A stretch of DNA of 64,000 nucleotides from Euprymna scolopes (taxonomy: Eukaryota), in NCBI GenBank assembly GCA_053919585.1, contig CM132794.1; one strand, given 5' to 3'. How positions within the stretch are numbered: the stretch's first letter is position 1; each line of letters opens with the position of its first letter. The notes under the pieces are model-generated. The model was not told where the DNA came from. It ran no database searches and saw only the letters and a program-made list of their open reading frames with translations. The translations under genes and the position numbers were made by a program. Positions 48,701 through 63,700 of the stretch are shown here, piece after piece.

Positions 48701-51700
48701 TGTGTTTGAAAACATGGAGCACGTTTATTTCTAGTGTAATGTAGTCATCTAATAAATATGGTGTTGAATGATACTTTGTTCCTTCGCGACAAGATGGTAC
48801 CATTTTTATGTATAAACTATGTGTTTGAAAACATGGAGCACGTTTATTTCTAGTGTAATGTAGTCATCTAATAAATATGGTGTTGAATGATACTTTGTTC
48901 CTTCGCGACAAGATGGTACTATTTTTATGTATAAACTATGTGTTTGAAAACATGGAACACGTTTATTTCTAGTGTAATGTATTCATCAAATAAATATGGT
49001 GTTGAATGATACTTTGTTCCTTCGCGACAAGATGGTACTATTTTTATGTATAAACTATGTGTTTGAAAACATGGAGCACGTTTATTTCTAGTGTAATGTA
49101 GTCATCAAATAAATATGGTGTTGAATGATACTTTGTTCCTTCGCGACAAGATGGTACTATGTTTATGTATAAACTATGTGTTTGAAAACATGGAACACGT
49201 TTATTTCTAGTGTAATGTATTCATCAAATAAATATGGTGTTGAATGATACTTTGTTCCTTCGCGACAAGATGGTACTATTTTTATGTATAAACTATGTGT
49301 TTGAAAACATGGAACACGTTTATTTCTAGTGTAATGTAGTCATCTAATAAATATGGTGTTGAATGATACTTTGTTCCTTCGCGACAAGATGGTACTATTT
49401 TTATGTATAAACTATGTGTTTGAAAACATGGAACACGTTTATTTCTAGTGTAATGTAGTCATCTAATAAATATGGTGTTGAATGATACTTTGTTCCTTCG
49501 CGACAAGATGGTACTATTTTTATGTATAAACTATGTGTTTGAAAACATGGAGCACGTTTATTTCTAGTGTAATGTAGTCATCTAATAAATATGGTGTTGA
49601 ATGATACTTTGTTCCTTCGCGACAAGATGGTACTATTTTTATGTATAAACTATGTGTTTGAAAACATGGAACACGTTTATTTCTAGTGTAATGTAGTCAT
49701 CTAATAAATATGGTGTTGAATGATACTTTGTTCCTTCGCGACAAGATGGTACTATTTTTATGTATGAACTATGTGTTTGAAAACATGGAACACGTTTATT
49801 TCTAGTGTAATGTAGTCATCAAATAAATATGGTGTTGAATGATACTTTGTTCCTTCGCGACAAGATGGTACTATTTTTATGTATAAACTATGTGTTTGAA
49901 AACATGGAGCACGTTTATTTCTAGTGTAATGTAGTCATCAAATAAATATGGTGTTGAATGATACTTTGTTCCTTCGCGACAAGATGGTACTATTTTTATG
50001 TATAAACTATGTGTTTGAAAACATGGAGCACGTTTATTTCTAGTGTAATGTAGTCATCTAATAAATATGGTGTTGAATGATACTTTGTTCCTTCGCGACA
50101 AGATGGTACTATTTTTATGTATAAACTATGTGTTTGAAAACATGGAGCACGTTTATTTCTAGTGTAATGTAGTCATCTAATAAATATGGTGTTGAATGAT
50201 ACTTTGTTCCTTCGCGACAAGATGGTACTATTTTTATGTATGAACTATGTGTTTGAAAACATGGAACACGTTTATTTCTAGTGTAATGTAGTCATCAAAT
50301 AAATATGGTGTTGAATGATACTTTGTTCCTTCGCGACAAGATGGTACTATTTTTATGTATAAACTATGTGTTTGAAAACATGGAGCACGTTTATTTCTAG
50401 TGTAATGTAGTCATCAAATAAATATGGTGTTGAATGATACTTTGTTCCTTCGCGACAAGATGGTACTATTTTTATGTATAAACTATGTGTTTGAAAACAT
50501 GGAACACGTTTATTTCTAGTGTAATGTAGTCATCTAATAAATATGGTGTTGAATGATACTTTGTTCCTTCGCGACAAGATGGTACTATTTTTATGTATAA
50601 ACTATGTGTTTGAAAACATGGAGCACGTTTATTTCTAGTGTAATGTAGTCATCTAATAAATATGGTGTTGAATGATACTTTGTTCCTTCGCGACAAGATG
50701 GTACTATTTTTATGTATAAACTATGTGTTTGAAAACATGGAGCACGTTTATTTCTAGTGTAATGTAGTCATCAAATAAATATGGTGTTGAATGATACTTT
50801 GTTCCTTCGCGACAAGATGGTACTATTTTTATGTATGAACTATGTGTTTGAAAACATGGAACACGTTTATTTCTAGTGTAATGTAGTCATCAAATAAATA
50901 TGGTGTTGAATGATACTTTGTTCCTTCGCGACAAGATGGTACTATTTTTATGTATAAACTATGTGTTTGAAAACATGGAACACGTTTATTTCTAGTGTAA
51001 TGTAGTCATCTAATAAATATGGTGTTGAATGATACTTTGTTCCTTCGCGACAAGATGGTACTATTTTTATGTATGAAACTATGTGTTTGAAAACATGGAA
51101 CACGTTTATTTCTAGTGTAATGTAGTCATCAAATAAATATGGTGTTGAATGATACTTTGTTTCTTTCGCGACAAGATGGTACTATTTTTATGTATAAACT
51201 ATGTGTTTGAAAACATGGAGCACGTTTATTTCTAGTGTAATGTAGTCATCTAATAAATATGGTGTTGAATGATACTTTGTTCCTTCGCGACAAGATGGTA
51301 CTATTTTTATGTATAAACTATGTGTTTGAAAACATGGAACACGTTTATTTCTAGTGTAATGTAGTCATCTAATAAATATGGTGTTGAATGATACTTTGTT
51401 TCTTTCGCGACAAGATGGTACTATTTTTATGTATAAACTATGTGTTTGAAAACATGGAGCACGTTTATTTCTAGTGTAATGTAGTCATCTAATAAATATG
51501 GTGTTGAATGATACTTTGTTCCTTCGCGACAAGATGGTACTATTTTTATGTATAAACTATGTGTTTGAAAACATGGAACACGTTTATTTCTAGTGTAATG
51601 TAGTCATCTAATAAATATGGTGTTGAATGATACTTTGTTCCTTGGCGACAAGATGGTACTATTTTTATGTATAAACTATGTGTTTGAAAACATGGAGCAC

Positions 51701-54700
51701 GTTTATTTCTAGTGTAATGTAGTCATCTAATAAATATGGTGTTGAATGATACTTTGTTCCTTCGCGACAAGATGGTACTATTTTTATGTATAAACTATGT
51801 GTTTGAAAACATGGAGCACGTTTATTTCTAGTGTAATGTAGTCATCTAATAAATATGGTGTTGAATGATACTTTGTTCCTTCGGCGACAAGATGGTACTA
51901 TTTTTATGTATAAACTATGTGTTTGAAAACATGGAGCACGTTTATTTCTAGTGTAATGTAGTCATCTAATAAATATGGTGTTGAATGATACTTTGTTCCT
52001 TCGCGACAAGATGGTACTATTTTTATGTATAAACTATGTGTTTGAAAACATGGAACACGTTTATTTCTAGTGTAATGTAGTCATCTAATAAATATGGTGT
52101 TGAATGATACTTTGTTCCTTCGCGACAAGATGGTACTATTTTTATGTATGAACTATGTGTTTGAAAACATGGAACACGTTTATTTCTAGTGTAATGTAGT
52201 CATCAAATAAATATGGTGTTGAATGATACTTTGTTTCTTTCGCGACAAGATGGTACTATTTTTATGTATAAACTATGTGTTTGAAAACATGGAGCACGTT
52301 TATTTCTAGTGTAATGTAGTCATCTAATAAATATGGTGTTGAATGATACTTTGTTCCTTCGCGACAAGATGGTACTATTTTTATGTATAAACTATGTGTT
52401 TGAAAACATGGAACACGTTTATTTCTAGTGTAATGTAGTCATCTAATAAATATGGTGTTGAATGATACTTTGTTCCTTGGCGACAAGATGGTACTATTTT
52501 TATGTATAAACTATGTGTTTGAAAACATGGAGCACGTTTATTTCTAGTGTAATGTAGTCATCTAATAAATATGGTGTTGAATGATACTTTGTTCCTTCGC
52601 GACAAGATGGTACTATTTTTATGTATAAACTATGTGTTTGAAAACATGGAACACGTTTATTTCTAGTGTAATGTAGTCATCTAATAAATATGGTGTTGAA
52701 TGATACTTTGTTCCTTGGCGACAAGATGGTACTATTTTTATGTATAAACTATGTGTTTGAAAACATGGAGCACGTTTATTTCTAGTGTAATGTAGTCATC
52801 TAATAAATATGGTGTTGAATGATACTTTGTTCCTTCGCGACAAGATGGTACTATTTTTATGTATAAACTATGTGTTTGAAAACATGGAGCACGTTTATTT
52901 CTAGTGTAATGTAGTCATCTAATAAATATGGTGTTGAATGATACTTTGTTCCTTCGCGACAAGATGGTACTATTTTTATGTATAAACTATGTGTTTGAAA
53001 ACATGGAGCACGTTTATTTCTAGTGTAATGTAGTCATCTAATAAATATGGTGTTGAATGATACTTTGTTCCTTCGCGACAAGATGGTACTATTTTTATGT
53101 ATAAACTATGTGTTTGAAAACATGGAACACGTTTATTTCTAGTGTAATGTAGTCATCTAATAAATATGGTGTTGAATGATACTTTGTTCCTTGGCGACAA
53201 GATGGTACTATTTTTATGTATAAACTATGTGTTTGAAAACATGGAGCACGTTTATTTCTAGTGTAATGTAGTCATCTAATAAATATGGTGTTGAATGATA
53301 CTTTGTTCCTTCGCGACAAGATGGTACTATTTTTATGTATAAACTATGTGTTTGAAAACATGGAACACGTTTATTTCTAGTGTAATGTAGTCATCTAATA
53401 AATATGGTGTTGAATGATACTTTGTTCCTTGGCGACAAGATGGTACTATTTTTATGTATAAACTATGTGTTTGAAAACATGGAGCACGTTTATTTCTAGT
53501 GTAATGTAGTCATCTAATAAATATGGTGTTGAATGATACTTTGTTCCTTCGCGACAAGATGGTACTATTTTTATGTATAAACTATGTGTTTGAAAACATG
53601 GAACACGTTTATTTCTAGTGTAATGTAGTCATCTAATAAATATGGTGTTGAATGATACTTTGTTCCTTGGCGACAAGATGGTACTATTTTTATGTATAAA
53701 CTATGTGTTTGAAAACATGGAGCACGTTTATTTCTAGTGTAATGTAGTCATCTAATAAATATGGTGTTGAATGATACTTTGTTCCTTCGCGACAAGATGG
53801 TACTATTTTTATGTATAAACTATGTGTTTGAAAACATGGAGCACGTTTATTTCTAGTGTAATGTAGTCATCTAATAAATATGGTGTTGAATGATACTTTG
53901 TTCCTTGGCGACAAGATGGTACTATTTTTATGTATAAACTATGTGTTTGAAAACATGGAGCACGTTTATTTCTAGTGTAATGTAGTCATCTAATAAATAT
54001 GGTGTTGAATGATACTTTGTTCCTTCGCGACAAGATGGTACTATTTTTATGTATAAACTATGTGTTTGAAAACATGGAGCACGTTTATTTCTAGTGTAAT
54101 GTAGTCATCTAATAAATATGGTGTTGAATGATACTTTGTTCCTTGGCGACAAGATGGTACTATTTTTATGTATAAACTATGTGTTTGAAAACATGGAGCA
54201 CGTTTATTTCTAGTGTAATGTAGTCATCTAATAAATATGGTGTTGAATGATACTTTGTTCCTTCGCGACAAGATGGTACTATTTTTATGTATAAACTATG
54301 TGTTTGAAAACATGGAGCACGTTTATTTCTAGTGTAATGTAGTCATCTAATAAATATGGTGTTGAATGATACTTTGTTCCTTCGCGACAAGATGGTACTA
54401 TTTTTATGTATAAACTATGTGTTTGAAAACATGGAGCACGTTTATTTCTAGTGTAATGTAGTCATCAAATAAATATGGTGTTGAATGATACTTTGTTCCT
54501 TCGCGACAAGATGGTACTATTTTTATGTATAAACTATGTGTTTGAAAACATGGAGCACGTTTATTTCTAGTGTAATGTAGTCATCTAATAAATATGGTGT
54601 TGAATGATACTTTGTTCTTTCGCGACAAGATGGTACTATTTTTATGTATAAACTATGTGTTTGAAAACATGGAACACGTTTATTTCTAGTGTAATGTAGT

Positions 54701-57700
54701 CATCTAATAAATATGGTGTTGAATGATACTTTGTTCTTTCGCGACAAGATGGTACTATTTTTATGTATAAACTATGTGTTTGAAAACATGGAACACGTTT
54801 ATTTCTAGTGTAATGTAGTCATCTAATAAATATGGTGTTGAATGATACTTTGTTCTTTCGCGACAAGATGGTACTATTTTTATGTATAAACTATGTGTTT
54901 GAAAACATGGAACACGTTTATTTCTAGTGTAATGTAGTCATCTAATAAATATGGTGTTGAATGATACTTTGTTCTTTCGCGACAAGATGGTACTATTTTT
55001 ATGTATAAACTATGTGTTTGAAAACATGGAACACGTTTATTTCTAGTGTAATGTAGTCATCTAATAAATATGGTGTTGAATGATACTTTGTTCCTTCGCG
55101 ACAAGATGGTACTATTTTTATGTATAAACTATGTGTTTGAAAACATGGAACACGTTTATTTCTAGTGTAATGTAGTCATCTAATAAATATGGTGTTGAAT
55201 GATACTTTGTTCTTTCGCGACAAGATGGTACTATTTTTATGTATAAACTATGTGTTTGAAAACATGGAACACGTTTATTTCTAGTGTAATGTAGTCATCT
55301 AATAAATATGGTGTTGAATGATACTTTGTTCCTTCGCGACAAGATGGTACTATTTTTATGTATAAACTATGTGTTTGAAAACATGGAACACGTTTATTTC
55401 TAGTGTAATGTAGTCATCTAATAAATATGGTGTTGAATGATACTTTGTTCTTTCGCGACAAGATGGTACTATTTTTATGTATAAACTATGTGCTTGAAAA
55501 CATGGAACACGTTTATTTCTAGTGTAATGTAGTCATCTAATAAATATGGTGTTGAATGATACTTTGTTCCTTCGCGACAAGATGGTACTATTTTTATGTA
55601 TAAACTATGTGTTTGAAAACATGGAGCACGTTTATTTCTAGTGTAATGTAGTCATCTAATAAATATGGTGTTGAATGATACTTTGTTCCTTCGCGACAAG
55701 ATGGTACTATTTTTATGTATAAACTATGTGTTTGAAAACATGGAGCACGTTTATTTCTAGTGTAATGTAGTCATCAAATAAATATGGTGTTGAATGATAC
55801 TTTGTTCCTTCGCGACAAGATGGTACTATTTTTATGTATAAACTATGTGTTTGAAAACATGGAGCACGTTTATTTCTAGTGTAATGTAGTCATCTAATAA
55901 ATATGGTGTTGAATGATACTTTGTTCCTTCGCGACAAGATGGTACTATTTTTATGTATAAACTATGTGTTTGAAAACATGGAGCACGTTTATTTCTAGTG
56001 TAATGTAGTCATCTAATAAATATGGTGTTGAATGATACTTTGTTCTTTCGCGACAAGATGGTACTATTTTTATGTATAAACTATGTGTTTGAAAACATGG
56101 AACACGTTTATTTCTAGTGTAATGTAGTCATCTAATAAATATGGTGTTGAATGATACTTTGTTCTTTCGCGACAAGATGGTACTATTTTTATGTATAAAC
56201 TATGTGTTTGAAAACATGGAACACGTTTATTTCTAGTGTAATGTAGTCATCTAATAAATATGGTGTTGAATGATACTTTGTTCTTTCGCGACAAGATGGT
56301 ACTATTTTTATGTATAAACTATGTGTTTGAAAACATGGAACACGTTTATTTCTAGTGTAATGTAGTCATCTAATAAATATGGTGTTGAATGATACTTTGT
56401 TCTTTCGCGACAAGATGGTACTATTTTTATGTATAAACTATGTGTTTGAAAACATGGAGCACGTTTATTTCTAGTGTAATGTAGTCATCTAATAAATATG
56501 GTGTTGAATGATACTTTGTTCCTTCGCGACAAGATGGTACTATTTTTATGTATAAACTATGTGCTTGAAAACATGGAACACGTTTATTTCTAGTGTAATG
56601 TAGTCATCTAATAAATATGGTGTTGAATGATACTTTGTTCCTTCGCGACAAGATGGTACTATTTTTATGTATAAACTATGTGTTTGAAAACATGGAGCAC
56701 GTTTATTTCTAGTGTAATGTAGTCATCTAATAAATATGGTGTTGAATGATACTTTGTTCCTTCGCGACAAGATGGTACTATTTTTATGTATAAACTATGT
56801 GTTTGAAAACATGGAGCACGTTTATTTCTAGTGTAATGTAGTCATCTAATAAATATGGTGTTGAATGATACTTTGTTCCTTCGCGACAAGATGGTACTAT
56901 TTTTATGTATAAACTATGTGTTTGAAAACATGGAACACGTTTATTTCTAGTGTAATGTAGTCATCTAATAAATATGGTGTTGAATGATACTTTGTTCTTT
57001 CGCGACAAGATGGTACTATTTTTATGTATAAACTATGTGTTTGAAAACATGGAACACGTTTATTTCTAGTGTAATGTAGTCATCTAATAAATATGGTGTT
57101 GAATGATACTTTGTTCTTTCGCGACAAGATGGTACTATTTTTATGTATAAACTATGTGTTTGAAAACATGGAACACGTTTATTTCTAGTGTAATGTAGTC
57201 ATCTAATAAATATGGTGTTGAATGATACTTTGTTCTTTCGCGACAAGATGGTACTATTTTTATGTATAAACTATGTGTTTGAAAACATGGAGCACGTTTA
57301 TTTCTAGTGTAATGTAGTCATCTAATAAATATGGTGTTGAATGATACTTTGTTCTTTCGCGACAAGATGGTACTATTTTTATGTATAAACTATGTGTTTG
57401 AAAACATGGAACACGTTTATTTCTAGTGTAATGTAGTCATCTAATAAATATGGTGTTGAATGATACTTTGTTCCTTGGCGACAAGTTGGTACTATTTTTA
57501 TGTATAAACTATGTGCTTGAAAACATGGAACACGTTTATTTCTAGTGTAATGTAGTCATCTAATAAATATGGTGTTGAATGATACTTTGTTCCTTGGCGA
57601 CAAGATGGTACTATTTTTATGTATAAACTATGTGTTTGAAAACATGGAGCACGTTTATTTCTAGTGTAATGTAGTCATCTAATAAATATGGTGTTGAATG

Positions 57701-60700
57701 ATACTTTGTTCCTTCGCGACAAGATGGTACTATTTTTATGTATAAACTATGTGTTTGAAAACATGGAGCACGTTTATTTCTAGTGTAATGTAGTCATCAA
57801 ATAAATATGGTGTTGAATGATACTTTGTTCCTTCGCGACAAGATGGTACTATTTTTATGTATAAACTATGTGTTTGAAAACATGGAGCACGTTTATTTCT
57901 AGTGTAATGTAGTCATCTAATAAATATGGTGTTGAATGATACTTTGTTCCTTCGCGACAAGATGGTACTATTTTTATGTATAAACTATGTGTTTGAAAAC
58001 ATGGAGCACGTTTATTTCTAGTGTAATGTAGTCATCTAATAAATATGGTGTTGAATGATACTTTGTTCTTTCGCGACAAGATGGTACTATTTTTATGTAT
58101 AAACTATGTGTTTGAAAACATGGAACACGTTTATTTCTAGTGTAATGTAGTCATCTAATAAATATGGTGTTGAATGATACTTTGTTATTTCGCGACAAGA
58201 TGGTACTATTTTTATGTATAAACTATGTGTTTGAAAACATGGAACACGTTTATTTCTAGTGTAATGTAGTCATCTAATAAATATGGTGTTGAATGATACT
58301 TTGTTCTTTCGCGACAAGATGGTACTATTTTTATGTATAAACTATGTGTTTGAAAACATGGAACACGTTTATTTCTAGTGTAATGTAGTCATCTAATAAA
58401 TATGGTGTTGAATGATACTTTGTTCCTTCGCGACAAGATGGTACTATTTTTATGTATAAACTATGTGTTTGAAAACATGGAACACGTTTATTTCTAGTGT
58501 AATGTAGTCATCTAATAAATATGGTGTTGAATGATACTTTGTTCCTTCGGGACAAGATGGTACTATTTTTATGTATAAACTATGTGTTTGAAAACATGGA
58601 GCACGTTTATTTCTAGTGTAATGTAGTCATCTAATAAATATGGTGTTGAATGATACTTTGTTCCTTCGCGACAAGATGGTACTATTTTTATGTATAAACT
58701 ATGTGTTTGAAAACATGGAGCACGTTTATTTCTAGTGTAATGTAGTCATCTAATAAATATGGTGTTGAATGATACTTTGTTCCTTGCGACAAGATGGTAC
58801 TATTTTTATGTATAAACTATGTGTTTGAAAACATGGAGCACGTTTATTTCTAGTGTAATGTAGTCATCTAATAAATATGGTGTTGAATGATACTTTGTTC
58901 CTTCGCGACAAGATGGTACTATTTTTATGTATAAACTATGTGTTTGAAAACATGGAGCACGTTTATTTCTAGTGTAATGTAGTCATCTAATAAATATGGT
59001 GTTGAATGATACTTTGTTCCTTCGCGACAAGATGGTACTATTTTTATGTATAAACTATGTGTTTGAAAACATGGAGCACGTTTATTTCTAGTGTAATGTA
59101 GTCATCTAATAAATATGGTGTTGAATGATACTTTGTTCCTTCGGGACAAGATGGTACTATTTTTATGTATAAACTATGTGTTTGAAAACATGGAACACGT
59201 TTATTTCTAGTGTAATGTAGTCATCTAATAAATATGGTGTTGAATGATACTTTGTTCCTTCGCGACAAGATGGTACTATTTTTATGTATAAACTATGTGT
59301 TTGAAAACATGGAACACGTTTATTTCTAGTGTAATGTAGTCATCTAATAAATATGGTGTTGAATGATACTTTGTTCCTTCGCGACAAGATGGTACTATTT
59401 TTATGTATAAACTATGTGTTTGAAAACATGGAGCACGTTTATTTCTAGTGTAATGTAGTCATCTAATAAATATGGTGTTGAATGATACTTTGTTCCTTCG
59501 CGACAAGATGGTACTATTTTTATGTATAAACTATGTGTTTGAAAACATGGAGCACGTTTATTTCTAGTGTAATGTAGTCATCTAATAAATATGGTGTTGA
59601 ATGATACTTTGTTCTTTCGCGACAAGATGGTACTATTTTTATGTATAAACTATGTGTTTGAAAACATGGAACACGTTTATTTCTAGTGTAATGTAGTCAT
59701 CTAATAAATATGGTGTTGAATGATACTTTGTTCTTTCGCGACAAGATGGTACTATTTTTATGTATAAACTATGTGTTTGAAAACATGGAACACGTTTATT
59801 TCTAGTGTAATGTAGTCATCTAATAAATATGGTGTTGAATGATACTTTGTTCTTTCGCGACAAGATGGTACTATTTTTATGTATGAACTATGTGTTTGAA
59901 AACATGGAACACGTTTATTTCTAGTGTAATGTAGTCATCTAATAAATATGGTGTTGAATGATACTTTGTTCTTTCGCGACAAGATGGTACTATTTTTATG
60001 TATGAAACTATGTGTTTGAAAACATGGAACACGTTTATTTCTAGTGTAATGTAGTCATCTAATAAATATGGTGTTGAATGATACTTTGTTCTTTCGCGAC
60101 AAGATGGTACTATTTTTATGTATAAACTATGTGTTTGAAAACATGGAACACGTTTATTTCTAGTGTAATGTAGTCATCTAATAAATATGGTGTTGAATGA
60201 TACTTTGTTCCTTCGCGACAAGATGGTACTATTTTTATGTATAAACTATGTGTTTGAAAACATGGAGCACGTTTATTTCTAGTGTAATGTAGTCATCTAA
60301 TAAATATGGTGTTGAATGATACTTTGTTCCTTCGGGACAAGATGGTACTATTTTTATGTATAAACTATGTGTTTGAAAACATGGAGCACGTTTATTTCTA
60401 GTGTAATGTAGTCATCTAATAAATATGGTGTTGAATGATACTTTGTTCCTTCGCGACAAGATGGTACTATTTTTATGTATAAACTATGTGTTTGAAAACA
60501 TGGAGCACGTTTATTTCTAGTGTAATGTAGTCATCTAATAAATATGGTGTTGAATGATACTTTGTTCTTTCGCGACAAGATGGTACTATTTTTATGTATA
60601 AACTATGTGTTTGAAAACATGGAACACGTTTATTTCTAGTGTAATGTAGTCATCTAATAAATATGGTGTTGAATGATACTTTGTTCCTTCGCGACAAGAT

Positions 60701-63700
60701 GGTACTATTTTTATGTATAAACTATGTGTTTGAAAACATGGAGCACGTTTATTTCTAGTGTAATGTAGTCATCTAATAAATATGGTGTTGAATGATACTT
60801 TGTTCCTTGGCGACAAGATGGTACTATTTTTATGTATAAACTATGTGTTTGAAAACATGGAGCACGTTTATTTCTAGTGTAATGTAGTCATCTAATAAAT
60901 ATGGTGTTGAATGATACTTTGTTCCTTCGCGACAAGATGGTACTATTTTTATGTATAAACTATGTGTTTGAAAACATGGAGCACGTTTATTTCTAGTGTA
61001 ATGTAGTCATCTAATAAATATGGTGTTGAATGATACTTTGTTCCTTGGCGACAAGATGGTACTATTTTTATGTATAAACTATGTGTTTGAAAACATGGAA
61101 CACGTTTATTTCTAGTGTAATGTAGTCATCTAATAAATATGGTGTTGAATGATACTTTGTTCCTTCGCGACAAGATGGTACTATTTTTATGTATAAACTA
61201 TGTGTTTGAAAACATGGAGCACGTTTATTTCTAGTGTAATGTAGTCATCTAATAAATATGGTGTTGAATGATACTTTGTTCCTTGGCGACAAGATGGTAC
61301 TATTTTTATGTATAAACTATGTGTTTGAAAACATGGAGCACGTTTATTTCTAGTGTAATGTAGTCATCTAATAAATATGGTGTTGAATGATACTTTGTTC
61401 CTTGGCGACAAGATGGTACTATTTTTATGTATAAACTATGTGTTTGAAAACATGGAACACGTTTATTTCTAGTGTAATGTAGTCATCTAATAAATATGGT
61501 GTTGAATGATACTTTGTTCCTTGGCGACAAGATGGTACTATTTTTATGTATAAACTATGTGTTTGAAAACATGGAACACGTTTATTTCTAGTGTAATGTA
61601 GTCATCTAATAAATATGGTGTTGAATGATACTTTGTTCCTTGGCGACAAGATGGTACTATTTTTATGTATAAACTATGTGTTTGAAAACATGGAACACGT
61701 TTATTTCTAGTGTAATGTAGTCATCTAATAAATATGGTGTTGAATGATACTTTGTTCCTTGGCGACAAGATGGTACTATTTTTATGTATAAACTATGTGT
61801 TTGAAAACATGGAGCACGTTTATTTCTAGTGTAATGTAGTCATCTAATAAATATGGTGTTGAATGATACTTTGTTCCTTGGCGACAAGATGGTACTATTT
61901 TTATGTATAAACTATGTGTTTGAAAACATGGAACACGTTTATTTCTAGTGTAATGTAGTCATCTAATAAATATGGTGTTGAATGATACTTTGTTCCTTCG
62001 CGACAAGATGGTACTATTTTTATGTATAAACTATGTGTTTGAAAACATGGAGCACGTTTATTTCTAGTGTAATGTAGTCATCTAATAAATATGGTGTTGA
62101 ATGATACTTTGTTCCTTCGCGACAAGATGGTACTATTTTTATGTATAAACTATGTGTTTGAAAACATGGAGCACGTTTATTTCTAGTGTAATGTAGTCAT
62201 CTAATAAATATGGTGTTGAATGATACTTTGTTCCTTCGCGACAAGATGGTACTATTTTTATGTATAAACTATGTGTTTGAAAACATGGAGCACGTTTATT
62301 TCTAGTGTAATGTAGTCATCTAATAAATATGGTGTTGAATGATACTTTGTTCCTTCGCGACAAGATGGTACTATTTTTATGTATAAACTATGTGTTTGAA
62401 AACATGGAACACGTTTATTTCTAGTGTAATGTAGTCATCTAATAAATATGGTGTTGAATGATACTTTGTTCCTTGGCGACAAGATGGTACTATTTTTATG
62501 TATAAACTATGTGTTTGAAAACATGGAGCACGTTTATTTCTAGTGTAATGTAGTCATCTAATAAATATGGTGTTGAATGATACTTTGTTCCTTGGCGACA
62601 AGATGGTACTATTTTTATGTATAAACTATGTGTTTGAAAACATGGAACACGTTTATTTCTAGTGTAATGTAGTCATCTAATAAATATGGTGTTGAATGAT
62701 ACTTTGTTCCTTCGCGACAAGATGGTACTATTTTTATGTATAAACTATGTGTTTGAAAACATGGAGCACGTTTATTTCTAGTGTAATGTAGTCATCTAAT
62801 AAATATGGTGTTGAATGATACTTTGTTCCTTCGCGACAAGATGGTACTATTTTTATGTATAAACTATGTGTTTGAAAACATGGAACACGTTNNNNNNNNN
62901 NNNNNNNNNNNNNNNNNNNNNNNNNNNNNNNNNNNNNNNNNNNNNNNNNNNNNNNNNNNNNNNNNNNNNNNNNNNNNNNNNNNNNNNNNNNCATAGACTT
63001 TTTATGTATAAACTATGTGTGGAGCACGTTTAATTTCTAGTGTAATGTAGTCATCTAATAAATATGGTGTTGAATGATACTTTGTTCCTTCGCGGACCAA
63101 GATGGTACTATTTTTATGTATAAACTATGTGTTTGAAAACATGGAGGCAGCAGTTTATTTCTAGTGTAATGTAGTCATCTAATAAATATGGTGTTGAATG
63201 ATACTTTGTTCCTTCGGGACAAGTTGTTACTATTTTTATGTATAAACTATGTGTTTGAAAACATGGAGCACGATTATTTCTAGTGTAATGTAGTCATCTA
63301 ATAAATATGGTGTTGAATGATACTTTGTTCCTTCGCGACAAGATGGTACTATTTTTATGTATAAACTATGTGTTTGAAAACATGAACACGGTTATTTCTA
63401 GTGTAATGTAGTCATCTAATAAATATGGTGTTGAATGATACTTTGTTCCTTCGCGACAAGATGTTACTATTTTTATGTATAAACTATGTGTTTGAAAACA
63501 TGGAGCACGTTTATTTCTAGTGTAATGTAGTCATCTAATAAATATGGTGTTGAATAATACTTTGTTCCTTCGCGACAAGATGGTACCTATTTTTATGTCT
63601 AAACTATGTGTTTGAAAACATGAGACACGTTTATTTCTAGTGTAATGTAGTCATCTAATAAATAATGGTGTTGAATGATACTTTGTCCTTCGCGACAAGA

